DNA from: an uncultured bacterium
GTDB lineage: Bacteria > Eisenbacteria > RBG-16-71-46 > CAIMUX01
Length of the DNA: 64,000 nt
Assembly: GCA_964473865.1 (NCBI GenBank)
Contig: CAYYQN010000004.1
Location: 74,325 to 138,324, forward strand
Direction: 5' to 3'
Shown here: positions 19,901 to 26,395 of the stretch, piece by piece
How the letters are laid out: each line of letters begins with the position of its first letter
Numbering within the stretch: position 1 is the stretch's first letter
The notes under the pieces: model-generated
What the model saw: the letters and a program-made list of their open reading frames with translations, nothing else
What the model was told of the DNA's origin: nothing
Databases searched by the model: none
Made by a program: the position numbers and the translations under genes

Positions 19901-22241
19901 CCGGCTCCCGACCGTGCCTCCTCCGTCGTTCCAGACGCTCGGCCGCCCGAACTCCGTGAGTCTGGCCTGGGGACGGCCCACGACCTCCGCGAACATCTGG
20001 GGCTATCGCGTCTATCGGGCCGACTCGGTGGACGGGACGTTCCTGCGGCTGCCTCCCGGCTATGTCAAGAGCACCCGGTATCTCGAGGATGACGGCCTGC
20101 CCGACATGACCCGGTTCTGGTATCAGGTGGCGGTGGTCGATTCCTCGGGAATCGAGGGACCCCGCACGGAGCCCACGGTGGCCAGCTCGGCGCCCGGACT
20201 CCAGGCCGGTTGGCCGGTCAGCATGGAGGAGTCTCGCGATGCCTGTCCCACCATCGAGAACCTGAACGGTTGGGGCCGCAACGAGGTCCTGGCCCTCTCC
20301 AAGTCGGTCTACTGCCTCGACGCCAACGCGGGCGACTATTACGACGGCGATGCGATTCCCTCGACCCGCGGGGTGCTGACCAAGGAGGCCGACGGACAGA
20401 ACTTCAACGGCAAGTGCGCGGTGGCCGACCTCACGGGGGATGGCATTCCGGAGGTCATCGCCCTGGCGACGAACAACATGGATGGTGGCTGGAACCCCCC
20501 CGCTACGCTGTGCGTGTTCGACCATGTCGGTCATCTCCTGTGGAGCCGGGTGGTGGCCAACCGGCCGGCCAGCTCCGCCCCCGCGATCGGCAACATCGAC
20601 AATGACCCCGAGCCGGAGATCGTCTTCCTCTGCGGGCGGTGGGTCTTCGCCTACAACCACGACGGCACGCCGCTCGGGGACATTCCGGGCGGCAAGCTGT
20701 ACGACATCCCCGGCCCGGAGTCGGGCAAGAACAACTTCCAGTACTGCAGCCCGGCGCTGGAAGACCTCGACGGAGACGGGCGGGACGAGATCGTCTTCAC
20801 TACGAACGCGGACGACGACCAGGATGCCTATGCCCGGCTCTATGTCATCAACGGCATGGAGAGTCCCGGCGGCGGGGATCCGGTGTACGGTTCCGATCTT
20901 CCCGGCTTCCCGTTTGTCTATGGGTACGTGGCGACGGGTCAGTTCAGCTACGCCTCGCCGGCGATCGCCGACGTGACAAAGAAAGTCGGGGAGTCCGTGG
21001 GAGACGCCGACACCAAGCCGGACATCGTCATCACTACGAAGTCGCGCTTGTGGGTGTTCGATCCCTGGGCCTCGGGCGTGAACAAGCTGGCCTGGACCAT
21101 CGCGCTGGAGCCGCAGGCGGTGGAAAGCCCGCTCAACTCGTCGCCGGCCATCGGAGATGTCGACGGGGACGGTGACCTCGACATCGCGGTTGCGGGCGGC
21201 AAGGGATACCTGTACGTGGTCAACGGTCGCGACGGTGGAGCCCTGCCCGGGTTCATCGAGGCGCCGAACGAGCGGTACCGGCGGGTGGCCCCGGCCAGCA
21301 CCAGACTTGGTTCCCCGATCCTGGCCGACCTGGATGGAGTCGTCGACAAGGCCACCGGCAAGCGTCTGCCCGAGATCATCATCGGAGACTTCCTCGGGAC
21401 GGTCTACGCCTTGCGGTCGGATGGCGAGGGGATGAACGGGTTCCCGTTCTCGGTTCCGGGCGGCAAGATCGGCATCGGGCTGGCCGCGTGGGACATCGAT
21501 CGGGACGGTTTCCAGAACCTCGTGATCCAGGCCGACAAGGTGCAGGAACTCCAGGTCCTGGACTTCAATACCTGCCCCTTCGATCCTGACGACGCGGTCG
21601 CGAATCCCTGGCCGGCGTTCCGCCACGATCCGCGCAACACCGGCTCGGTCTATGAGCCGCCGGGACCCACTCCGGTGGAAGTGCTCGCCCTGGAGGCCCA
21701 GGCCGGGCCGGACGGGATTGCGCTGCGTTTCCGGACCGAACTCAACGTGCGCACCTTCGTCCTGCTGCGGGCAGAGGAGTCGGGCGGCGACTGGGTGACT
21801 GTCGGAGAGTGGGCCGCCGAAGAGGCCGCAGAGGAGCCGGGCGCGTTCGTCCTGCGCGACACGCCGCCCGCAGGCACGTGGCGCTATCGGATCGACGCGT
21901 ACGACTTCGGGGGCGAGATCCGGCTCAGCGGCGAGACGGTGGTGACCGCGGGCGCTTCGCTGGCGTTCCGGCTCCACCCGGCCCGGCCGAACCCATTCAA
22001 CCCGCACACGCTGTTCAAGCTCGACCTCCCGCGCACGACCGAGTGCGACCTGCGCGTGGTCGATCCCTCCGGGCGGACGGTCCGGCGGCTGCTCGCCGGA
22101 CGATTCGGCCCGGGAACCGTCGAGTCGGTGTGGGACGGCAACAACGATGCGGGCCGCCCGGTCGGCTCGGGGGTGTTCTTCGTGCGGGCCTCGGCCGAGG
22201 GACTGGGTGACGCGGTGCAGAAGGTGGTGCTGCTGAAGTAG
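16968..22241 (+). CDS. Giant secreted peptidase C25 (gingipain-like) fused to FG-GAP/integrin-alpha-like repeats, with C-terminal FlgD-Ig/T9SS-like sorting domain (1757 aa)
   Basis: Signal peptide MRMRSCALLALVGLLVLGTSALG with SD GGGGAGG upstream. C25 region (LVVTNEELAPAFQPLIDWK, YQMGHGDRDRW, AYVVNCNSAAVD). Multiple DxDGDG/FG-GAP-like repeats (DLTGDGIPEV, LEDLDGDGRDE, IGDVDGDGDLDI). C-terminal about 85 aa NPFNPHT...LRVVDPSGRTVRRLL...WDGNNDAGRPVGSGVFFVRA. Confidence 0.85.
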   Translation: MRMRSCALLALVGLLVLGTSALGEVTTRVALHWADAEFALRPGPAGTVAVRLAGGVSAAEPGQPDLPWMVVTVPLPAGVATVAGWSFEPEPANPPVPGIVPTPAQRDLPSEAGGPVSTAPDPAVYAGASPWPADPVRFRGVQTQAGRAEAAFLVCPLRWDPRSHDLERLPGGTLTVRFGSGPAALDVVTPLRPVAADLFGADASPKAGGGAVVHSLRGGLSPTARPSLDSVPVEFLVVTNEELAPAFQPLIDWKNRTGFPAAVRTVEAISRDYPQGVDLAESVRLFLRDAYALWGTRVVIIGGDPSIVPIRYGRSYAYNLPTGVSIATDYYYACLDGNWNADGDNLWGEAPFQNVSMESDKADMVAELRVGRVSAVDTSQVGTWVRKYLKYTRDPDPTPGYLNGVLTLGEVLFAPEWRLGDADTCSNQETETCVRLDGATECFLMIDTLRASTLGSFFYFDELYEREYWWNPRRGITAGQLNRANTLASLNAGRNIVYQMGHGDRDRWAIGTGRLLTSDVANTTNGPRYSGLAYVVNCNSAAVDADCVGEAWQFARNGGGVNYLGSTNLDFPATAREFQNSLLPLWMNNVQQTCGSAYQTAAQLFATRQGDNEGTVRFLLTSLILLGDPDLNIWRTQPRAMQVTAPAEFTIGSGTARVNVKDSESAPLAGARVTLYKAGDALGVALTDGEGNADVPFAPTSDGPFLLTVTHPMARPHQGGGDVQEAEDAWPVASNYTIVDDGSGGTRGNGNGRIEIGETVAFNLSVGNPGGPATGVVASLRRAEAVPGVQVAFADSTEEVGDLTGGGTATRAGAFLLTVRATGPVEADAADRVALPLLIDWQAQGGTHTQRIAPEVDRPELELINTARWETELPPGGEADSIPDQGESMAVTVELFNQGRGSWHQLRARLETMIPGSVAMLDSLATIPPLEPGTSVVSEALTFHVTGHLGLSFRLRLVVEDLTGETPQTVWSRYLYLRRLPTVPPPSFQTLGRPNSVSLAWGRPTTSANIWGYRVYRADSVDGTFLRLPPGYVKSTRYLEDDGLPDMTRFWYQVAVVDSSGIEGPRTEPTVASSAPGLQAGWPVSMEESRDACPTIENLNGWGRNEVLALSKSVYCLDANAGDYYDGDAIPSTRGVLTKEADGQNFNGKCAVADLTGDGIPEVIALATNNMDGGWNPPATLCVFDHVGHLLWSRVVANRPASSAPAIGNIDNDPEPEIVFLCGRWVFAYNHDGTPLGDIPGGKLYDIPGPESGKNNFQYCSPALEDLDGDGRDEIVFTTNADDDQDAYARLYVINGMESPGGGDPVYGSDLPGFPFVYGYVATGQFSYASPAIADVTKKVGESVGDADTKPDIVITTKSRLWVFDPWASGVNKLAWTIALEPQAVESPLNSSPAIGDVDGDGDLDIAVAGGKGYLYVVNGRDGGALPGFIEAPNERYRRVAPASTRLGSPILADLDGVVDKATGKRLPEIIIGDFLGTVYALRSDGEGMNGFPFSVPGGKIGIGLAAWDIDRDGFQNLVIQADKVQELQVLDFNTCPFDPDDAVANPWPAFRHDPRNTGSVYEPPGPTPVEVLALEAQAGPDGIALRFRTELNVRTFVLLRAEESGGDWVTVGEWAAEEAAEEPGAFVLRDTPPAGTWRYRIDAYDFGGEIRLSGETVVTAGASLAFRLHPARPNPFNPHTLFKLDLPRTTECDLRVVDPSGRTVRRLLAGRFGPGTVESVWDGNNDAGRPVGSGVFFVRASAEGLGDAVQKVVLLK

Positions 22242-22266
22242 TGCCGCGCGCCTGGCGCCCGGAGCC

Positions 22267-22295
22267 CGGCGGTCCGGCGGTCCGGCGGTCCGGCG
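22267..22295. repeat. Microsatellite (cggcggtc) x3.6 just downstream of the C25 gene stop
   Basis: Direct 8-bp repeats read from the sequence. Confidence 0.8.
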
Positions 22296-22400
22296 CGTCG
22301 GTGCGAGGCGGTGGCGCAACGCCGGGAGGCCGTTCGCGCGGCACGGTCGGCCTCGGGAGCCGGCGCCGTCCGGGCGAGAGCTGGGGTTGCGAAAGGAGAG

Positions 22401-22500
22401 TCTGCGGCAGGAGGCATCTGCGGAAGAAGCGATCTGCCGAAAAAGGGACGTGCGGAAAAATGGGTTGAAATGGGGCGGACCGCCCCCGTAGAGTCCCGAT
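22401..22500 (+). promoter_or_regulatory. tRNA-Gln upstream region: four imperfect 16-bp direct repeats followed by a candidate promoter (TTGAAA-N18-TAGAGT) whose spacer contains the palindrome GGGGCGGACCGCCCC
   Basis: 16-mers tctgcggcaggaggca / tctgcggaagaagcga / tctgccgaaaaaggga / cgtgcggaaaaatggg at 22401-22464. -35-like TTGAAA at 22465-22470 and -10-like TAGAGT at 22489-22494, about 18 nt before the tRNA 5' end. Confidence 0.35.
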
Positions 22501-22512
22501 AGCTCGCTTTGC

Positions 22513-22586
22513 TGGGGAGTCGTCCAGCGGTAGGACACATGACTCTGGATCATGGAACCGGGGTTCGAGTCCCTGCTCCCCAGCCA
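22513..22586 (+). tRNA. tRNA-Gln (anticodon CUG), CCA encoded
   Basis: Manual fold: acceptor UGGGGAG/CUCCCCA, U8, A14, GG in D-loop, anticodon stem CAUGA/UCAUG, loop CUCUGGA, T-arm CGGGG-UUCGAGU-CCCUG. Strong overall similarity to E. coli tRNA-Gln (UGGGG...CCCCAGCCA). Confidence 0.85.
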
Positions 22587-22647
22587 TGACGTTCGGGCCC
22601 CCGGGTCTACGCCCGGGGGCCTTCCTTCTGACAAAGGGTGGAGGTGG

Positions 22648-24117
22648 ATGAGCGGACCACGGACGCTGGAGCTCGATTTCGGCCCGCACGAGAAGACCGT
22701 CCGCTGGATCGAGCAGTCCTCGCCGGAGGACTTCTGCCGCGAGTTGACCCGACGGCTGCCCAAGACGGCCCCGGACGCCCGGAACGGGTGGATCTGCGCG
22801 GGTGCGCTGGCGGCCGCTCGTTCCACGCGGCACGACGGCGCCCGCCGGCCGCCCCGTGGGATCCCCGGGTTGGCGGCGGTGCACTCCCTCCAACCAGGCC
22901 GCTCGCCGGACGAAGGGCGCGCCCTGCTCGGCTACGCGCTCCGTCTGGTCAACCGCGAGATCCACGATCCCGGCTACGGGCCATTCCGGCTCCTCCCGTG
23001 TCGGGAGGTGCCGGGCGAGGGGCGCGAAGGGACCTTGTTCTCGTTTCTCGAAGCGGTGCGCGCCGGCGAGGCCGACTGGGCCGACCATCGCTTTGCCTGG
23101 CTGGTACAGAACCTGGAGAAGGAGCAGATCATCGACCTGCTGCTGTCGTCCGGTCTGGAAGGAGTCGCGGTCAGCGCCGAACGGGTCGGCGGCGTGGTGG
23201 AGGCGGTCTCGCTCCTGCAGGCGCTGGGTTGGGAACACGCCCCGGTCCTGCTCCGGCCGGTGGTTCGACACCAGGCCGCCGGCACCTGGAACTGCACCGA
23301 CTACGCGCACTGTCGCGACCTCATCGAGGAGCGGGATCTCCATCGGCTCGCGCGCCGGCGGCCCCCGGGACAGCCTGGTCTCGGAGAGCGCGACCCTGAC
23401 GGTTTCCTCGCCGAGGCGCGGGACTGGGCGGAATCGGGTCCGGGGGACCGGACCCAGCGGATCGCGGCCGCGCTGGCCGCGGGATTGCCGCTGGAAGACG
23501 CGGCCGATGTGGTCTCCACCGCCGGCACGCTCCTGGTCTTGCAGGAGATCCTGCGCCGGCGGGAACCGAAGGCGGGGGAAGCGGTGTTCGACTCCGCCGT
23601 GCGTACCGTCGCCGGCGTGAACGCCCTCTGCCGCCTCGTGCGCCTGGGCACCGCGGGACAGCGGATTCTCGGACTGCTGCTGGCGGCCTGGGTGGAGCCG
23701 ACGCGGGACTTGTGCCTGGAGTTCCGCGACCCGGACGCGGTCTGGTGGCTGCCCGCCGTATCCGGCGTGCGGGAGCTGCAGGTGTCGGCTCCCGATTCGG
23801 AAGGAGCGGCGCCCCCGCCGGAGTGGAAGGAAATGATCGCCTCCGGCCAGGCGAACCGGCTCCTTCCCGCGCTGTCGAGCTGGCTGGAAGCGGGAGGGTC
23901 CGCCGGGGTCCTCGACCGGGTGCTGGTTCCGTTGGTCTCCGGTCTGGAACTGGTTCCGGGGCAATCGGTACGGCTGGTGAGGACGCTGACCGAGGCGTAT
24001 CGCGCCTCCCGGTCTCCATTTCGGTGGGTGCACCTGTGGGCCGCGGCCATGGGGTTGGCCCACTGGCCGAAGGAACCCGCAGAAGAGGGGTTGCCAAGCG
24101 CGGGCGAGGTTTCCTAG
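22648..24117 (+). CDS. Hypothetical protein (489 aa, no recognisable domain), flanked by tRNA-Gln and tRNA-Glu
   Basis: Start moved to ATG 22648 (MSGPRTLELDF...) with SD AAGGGTGGAGGTGG, because the track ORF start at 22552 lies inside the tRNA. GC3-rich codon usage. No family recognised by eye. Confidence 0.55.
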   Translation: MSGPRTLELDFGPHEKTVRWIEQSSPEDFCRELTRRLPKTAPDARNGWICAGALAAARSTRHDGARRPPRGIPGLAAVHSLQPGRSPDEGRALLGYALRLVNREIHDPGYGPFRLLPCREVPGEGREGTLFSFLEAVRAGEADWADHRFAWLVQNLEKEQIIDLLLSSGLEGVAVSAERVGGVVEAVSLLQALGWEHAPVLLRPVVRHQAAGTWNCTDYAHCRDLIEERDLHRLARRRPPGQPGLGERDPDGFLAEARDWAESGPGDRTQRIAAALAAGLPLEDAADVVSTAGTLLVLQEILRRREPKAGEAVFDSAVRTVAGVNALCRLVRLGTAGQRILGLLLAAWVEPTRDLCLEFRDPDAVWWLPAVSGVRELQVSAPDSEGAAPPPEWKEMIASGQANRLLPALSSWLEAGGSAGVLDRVLVPLVSGLELVPGQSVRLVRTLTEAYRASRSPFRWVHLWAAAMGLAHWPKEPAEEGLPSAGEVS

Positions 24118-24156
24118 AATACCGCAACCGGGGCCCGGCCCTGGTAGCCAGGTTGT

Positions 24157-24231
24157 GGCGCTATCGTCTAGGGGTCAGGACGGATGGTTCTCAGCCATCA
24201 AACCGGGGTTCGATTCCCCGTAGCGCTACCA
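24157..24231 (+). tRNA. tRNA-Glu (anticodon CUC), CCA encoded
   Basis: Manual fold: D-arm UCGUCUAGGGGUCAGGAC is almost identical to E. coli tRNA-Glu. Anticodon stem GAUGG/CCAUC with loop UUCUCAG. T-arm CGGGG-UUCGAUU-CCCCG. Acceptor GGCGCUA/UAGCGCU with a G1-U72 wobble. Confidence 0.8.
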
Positions 24232-24449
24232 ACTCCCTTTCCCGTGAGGTTTGCGATCGAGCGATTTCGCGACTTCCTCGAAGCTCTCGTGCCGGCGCGT
24301 CACGTTTCTTGACGGAAGGTCTGCTGCGTTGGTCCGTTCACCTCTTCCGCTCGCTCTCCACGTTCGCGGGCTCGTCGCGTTTGTCGGCCTGCCGGGATCT
24401 ACGCGGCCGACGCCGACCGCAAGCCGCCGGCGCCGCGCGCCGCACCCGT

Positions 24450-26021
24450 CTAACGTCGACGGGCGCCGCGTCCCGCTCGAGACCGCGTCGTCCTTGGCCT
24501 CTCATCATCCGCACGCCGCGCTCGGGCGGCGCGCAGGCCGCCTCGGCGAGACTTCTCGCGGTCTGGCTCCGATGGAGGCGGCGGGAGCGGCGGGACGGAG
24601 CCCCGCTGCACGCGGTGCCGTCCGCCGAGACCGAAGTAGGCATGGAGCTCCGGCAGATGGACTCGAGCGGGCGTCTCCTTGGTGAGGCGCTCGGCGAACG
24701 CCTGCGACTGCTCTTCTTCCCCGTGCACCACGAACACCTCCTTCGGGGTGCCGTGGTTGGCGTGAAACCAGGCCAACAGCTCCTCGCGATCGGCATGGGC
24801 CGAGTACTCGTTCATGACGAACACGTCCGCCCGGACGGGATGCGGCTCGCCGAAGATGTTGACCACCTTGTCCCCCCGGAGCAGCCGGCGGCCGAGGGTG
24901 TTCTCGGCCTGGAAGCCGACGATGAGGATCGCGTTGCGCGGGTCCTCGATGCTGTTGCGAAGATGGTGGAGGATCCGGCCCGCTTCCATCATGCCCGAGG
25001 CCGAGATGATGATGCAGGGTCCCGGGGCCGCGTTGAGAGCCATCGATTCCTGCACGTCCTGGATGTAGTGCATCCGGTGCAGGCCGAACGGGTCGCCGGG
25101 GCCGGCAAGTACCTCCCGGATGTCGGCGTCGTAGCACTCGGGGTGCTGCGAGAAGACTTCGGTGACGTTGACCGCAAGCGGGCTGTCCACGTAGACCGGA
25201 ATCTCCGGAATCCTCCGGTCGCGGAAGAGCTGCATCAACTCGTAGACGATCTCCTGGGTCCGCCCTACCGCAAACGCCGGGATGATCATCTTGCCGCGGC
25301 GTTGGACGAGAACGTGGATCAGGGCGGCCAGCCGGTCCGCGGCGGCCGCGATCAGGTCGTGGGTGCGATCTCCGTAGGTGCTTTCCATGATCAGGATGTC
25401 GTCGGCTTCGACCCGATCGGGGTCGCGGATGATCGGCAGGTGGGGTCGCCCGAGATCGCCGCTGAAGACGATCGAGCGGTCCTGGCCATCCTCGGAGATG
25501 TCGAGGCGCACGATCGCGGAGCCCAGGATGTGTCCGGCGTCGTGCAGGGTCGCCGTGACTCCCGGAACCACCGAAAACGGTTGGTAGTACTCGTGCCCGG
25601 CGAAGCGGGCCAGGGCCGCCTCGGCGTCTTCCAGGGTGTAGAGCGGCTCCCGCCGGGGGCGGCGGTTCCCTCGCTTGGCCATTCGCTTGTTGGCGAATTC
25701 GGCGTCCTTCTCGTGGATGTGCGCGGAGTCCCGCAGCATCCAGGAAGCCAGGTCGGCGGTGGCCAGGGTGGAATGGATCTGACCGCGAAAGCCACGCTTG
25801 ACGAGCACGGGAAGGGCCCCGGAGTGGTCGATGTGGGCGTGGCTCAGGACCACGGCGTCGATCGAAGCGGGGTCGAACGGGTATTCCCGGTTGGCCCGTT
25901 CCGCCTCGTCTCGGGAACCCTGAACCAGCCCGCAGTCCAGAAGGATGCGGTGTCCGTTGGCTTCGATCAGGTGGCGGGTACCGGTCACTGACCTCGCCGC
26001 ACCGTGAAACGTGATCTGCAT
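24450..26021 (-). CDS. MBL-fold metallo-hydrolase, beta-CASP family ribonuclease (RNase J / CPSF-like RNA-metabolising enzyme)
   Basis: MQITFHGAARSVTG..., HxHxDH motif VLSHAHIDHSGALP, beta-CASP motifs and C-terminal RNA-specificity region. Arg/Pro-rich basic C-terminal tail of about 70 aa. The antisense-frame ORF 24505..26199 is rejected. Confidence 0.8.
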   Translation of the reverse strand: MQITFHGAARSVTGTRHLIEANGHRILLDCGLVQGSRDEAERANREYPFDPASIDAVVLSHAHIDHSGALPVLVKRGFRGQIHSTLATADLASWMLRDSAHIHEKDAEFANKRMAKRGNRRPRREPLYTLEDAEAALARFAGHEYYQPFSVVPGVTATLHDAGHILGSAIVRLDISEDGQDRSIVFSGDLGRPHLPIIRDPDRVEADDILIMESTYGDRTHDLIAAAADRLAALIHVLVQRRGKMIIPAFAVGRTQEIVYELMQLFRDRRIPEIPVYVDSPLAVNVTEVFSQHPECYDADIREVLAGPGDPFGLHRMHYIQDVQESMALNAAPGPCIIISASGMMEAGRILHHLRNSIEDPRNAILIVGFQAENTLGRRLLRGDKVVNIFGEPHPVRADVFVMNEYSAHADREELLAWFHANHGTPKEVFVVHGEEEQSQAFAERLTKETPARVHLPELHAYFGLGGRHRVQRGSVPPLPPPPSEPDREKSRRGGLRAARARRADDERPRTTRSRAGRGARRR

Positions 26022-26254
26022 CCGCGTCGCCCCCCTCATTCCCGTCGATTCTGGACAGCCTGACCGACGCGTCTCGGCCGCGCAAGCGCTCGGTCCGTCG
26101 ACCCGTGAGGCTTCTCTGGCCCCATATGCGGTCAATCGTCCGGTAGCTCGACGCCCCGCGCGGCCGACCGCGACGGCGGGAGTCGCTCCCGGTATCCACC
26201 TCCTCTTCCGCAACTTACCGTAGGGATTTTCCTATCTGCGCATCCCGGGCGCAA

Positions 26255-26283
26255 TTGACAAATCCTTCCGGCTGGGTTACCAT
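26255..26283 (+). promoter_or_regulatory. Candidate sigma70 promoter for the Cys-repeat protein gene (TTGACA-N17-TACCAT)
   Basis: Perfect -35 TTGACA (26255-26260), 17-nt spacer, -10 TACCAT (26278-26283). SD AAGGGAG precedes ATG 26396. Confidence 0.4.
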
Positions 26284-26395
26284 AGTTGTGACTGTTTCCG
26301 GCTGGCGACCCTGAGGTGGAAGGGTCGACCGGCTATGTTGCCTTACCCTTCTCTTCGGGGGTGGGCGTGGGGTCCTGACCAAGGGAGATCCGGAG

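Noticed and set aside
22552-22647. Annotated ATG start of the 22552-24117 ORF
   Set aside because: The start lies inside tRNA-Gln (22513-22586). The CDS start was moved to the ATG at 22648, which has a strong SD.
16716-22826. 2036-aa ORF on the minus strand opposite the C25 peptidase gene
   Set aside because: Arg/Gly/Pro-rich low-complexity translation typical of an antisense frame in 70 % GC DNA. The plus-strand frame has clear C25/FG-GAP/CTD homology, a signal peptide and an SD.
22648-24117. Integrated mobile element at the tRNA genes (genomic island)
   Set aside because: No integrase, no direct repeat of a tRNA 3' end, and only a single ORF between the tRNAs. Treated as an embedded gene, not a mobile element.
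24505-26199. 564-aa alternative-frame ORF overlapping the beta-CASP ribonuclease gene
   Set aside because: Different frame with Arg-rich nonsense. The 24450-26213 frame contains HxHxDH and beta-CASP motifs.
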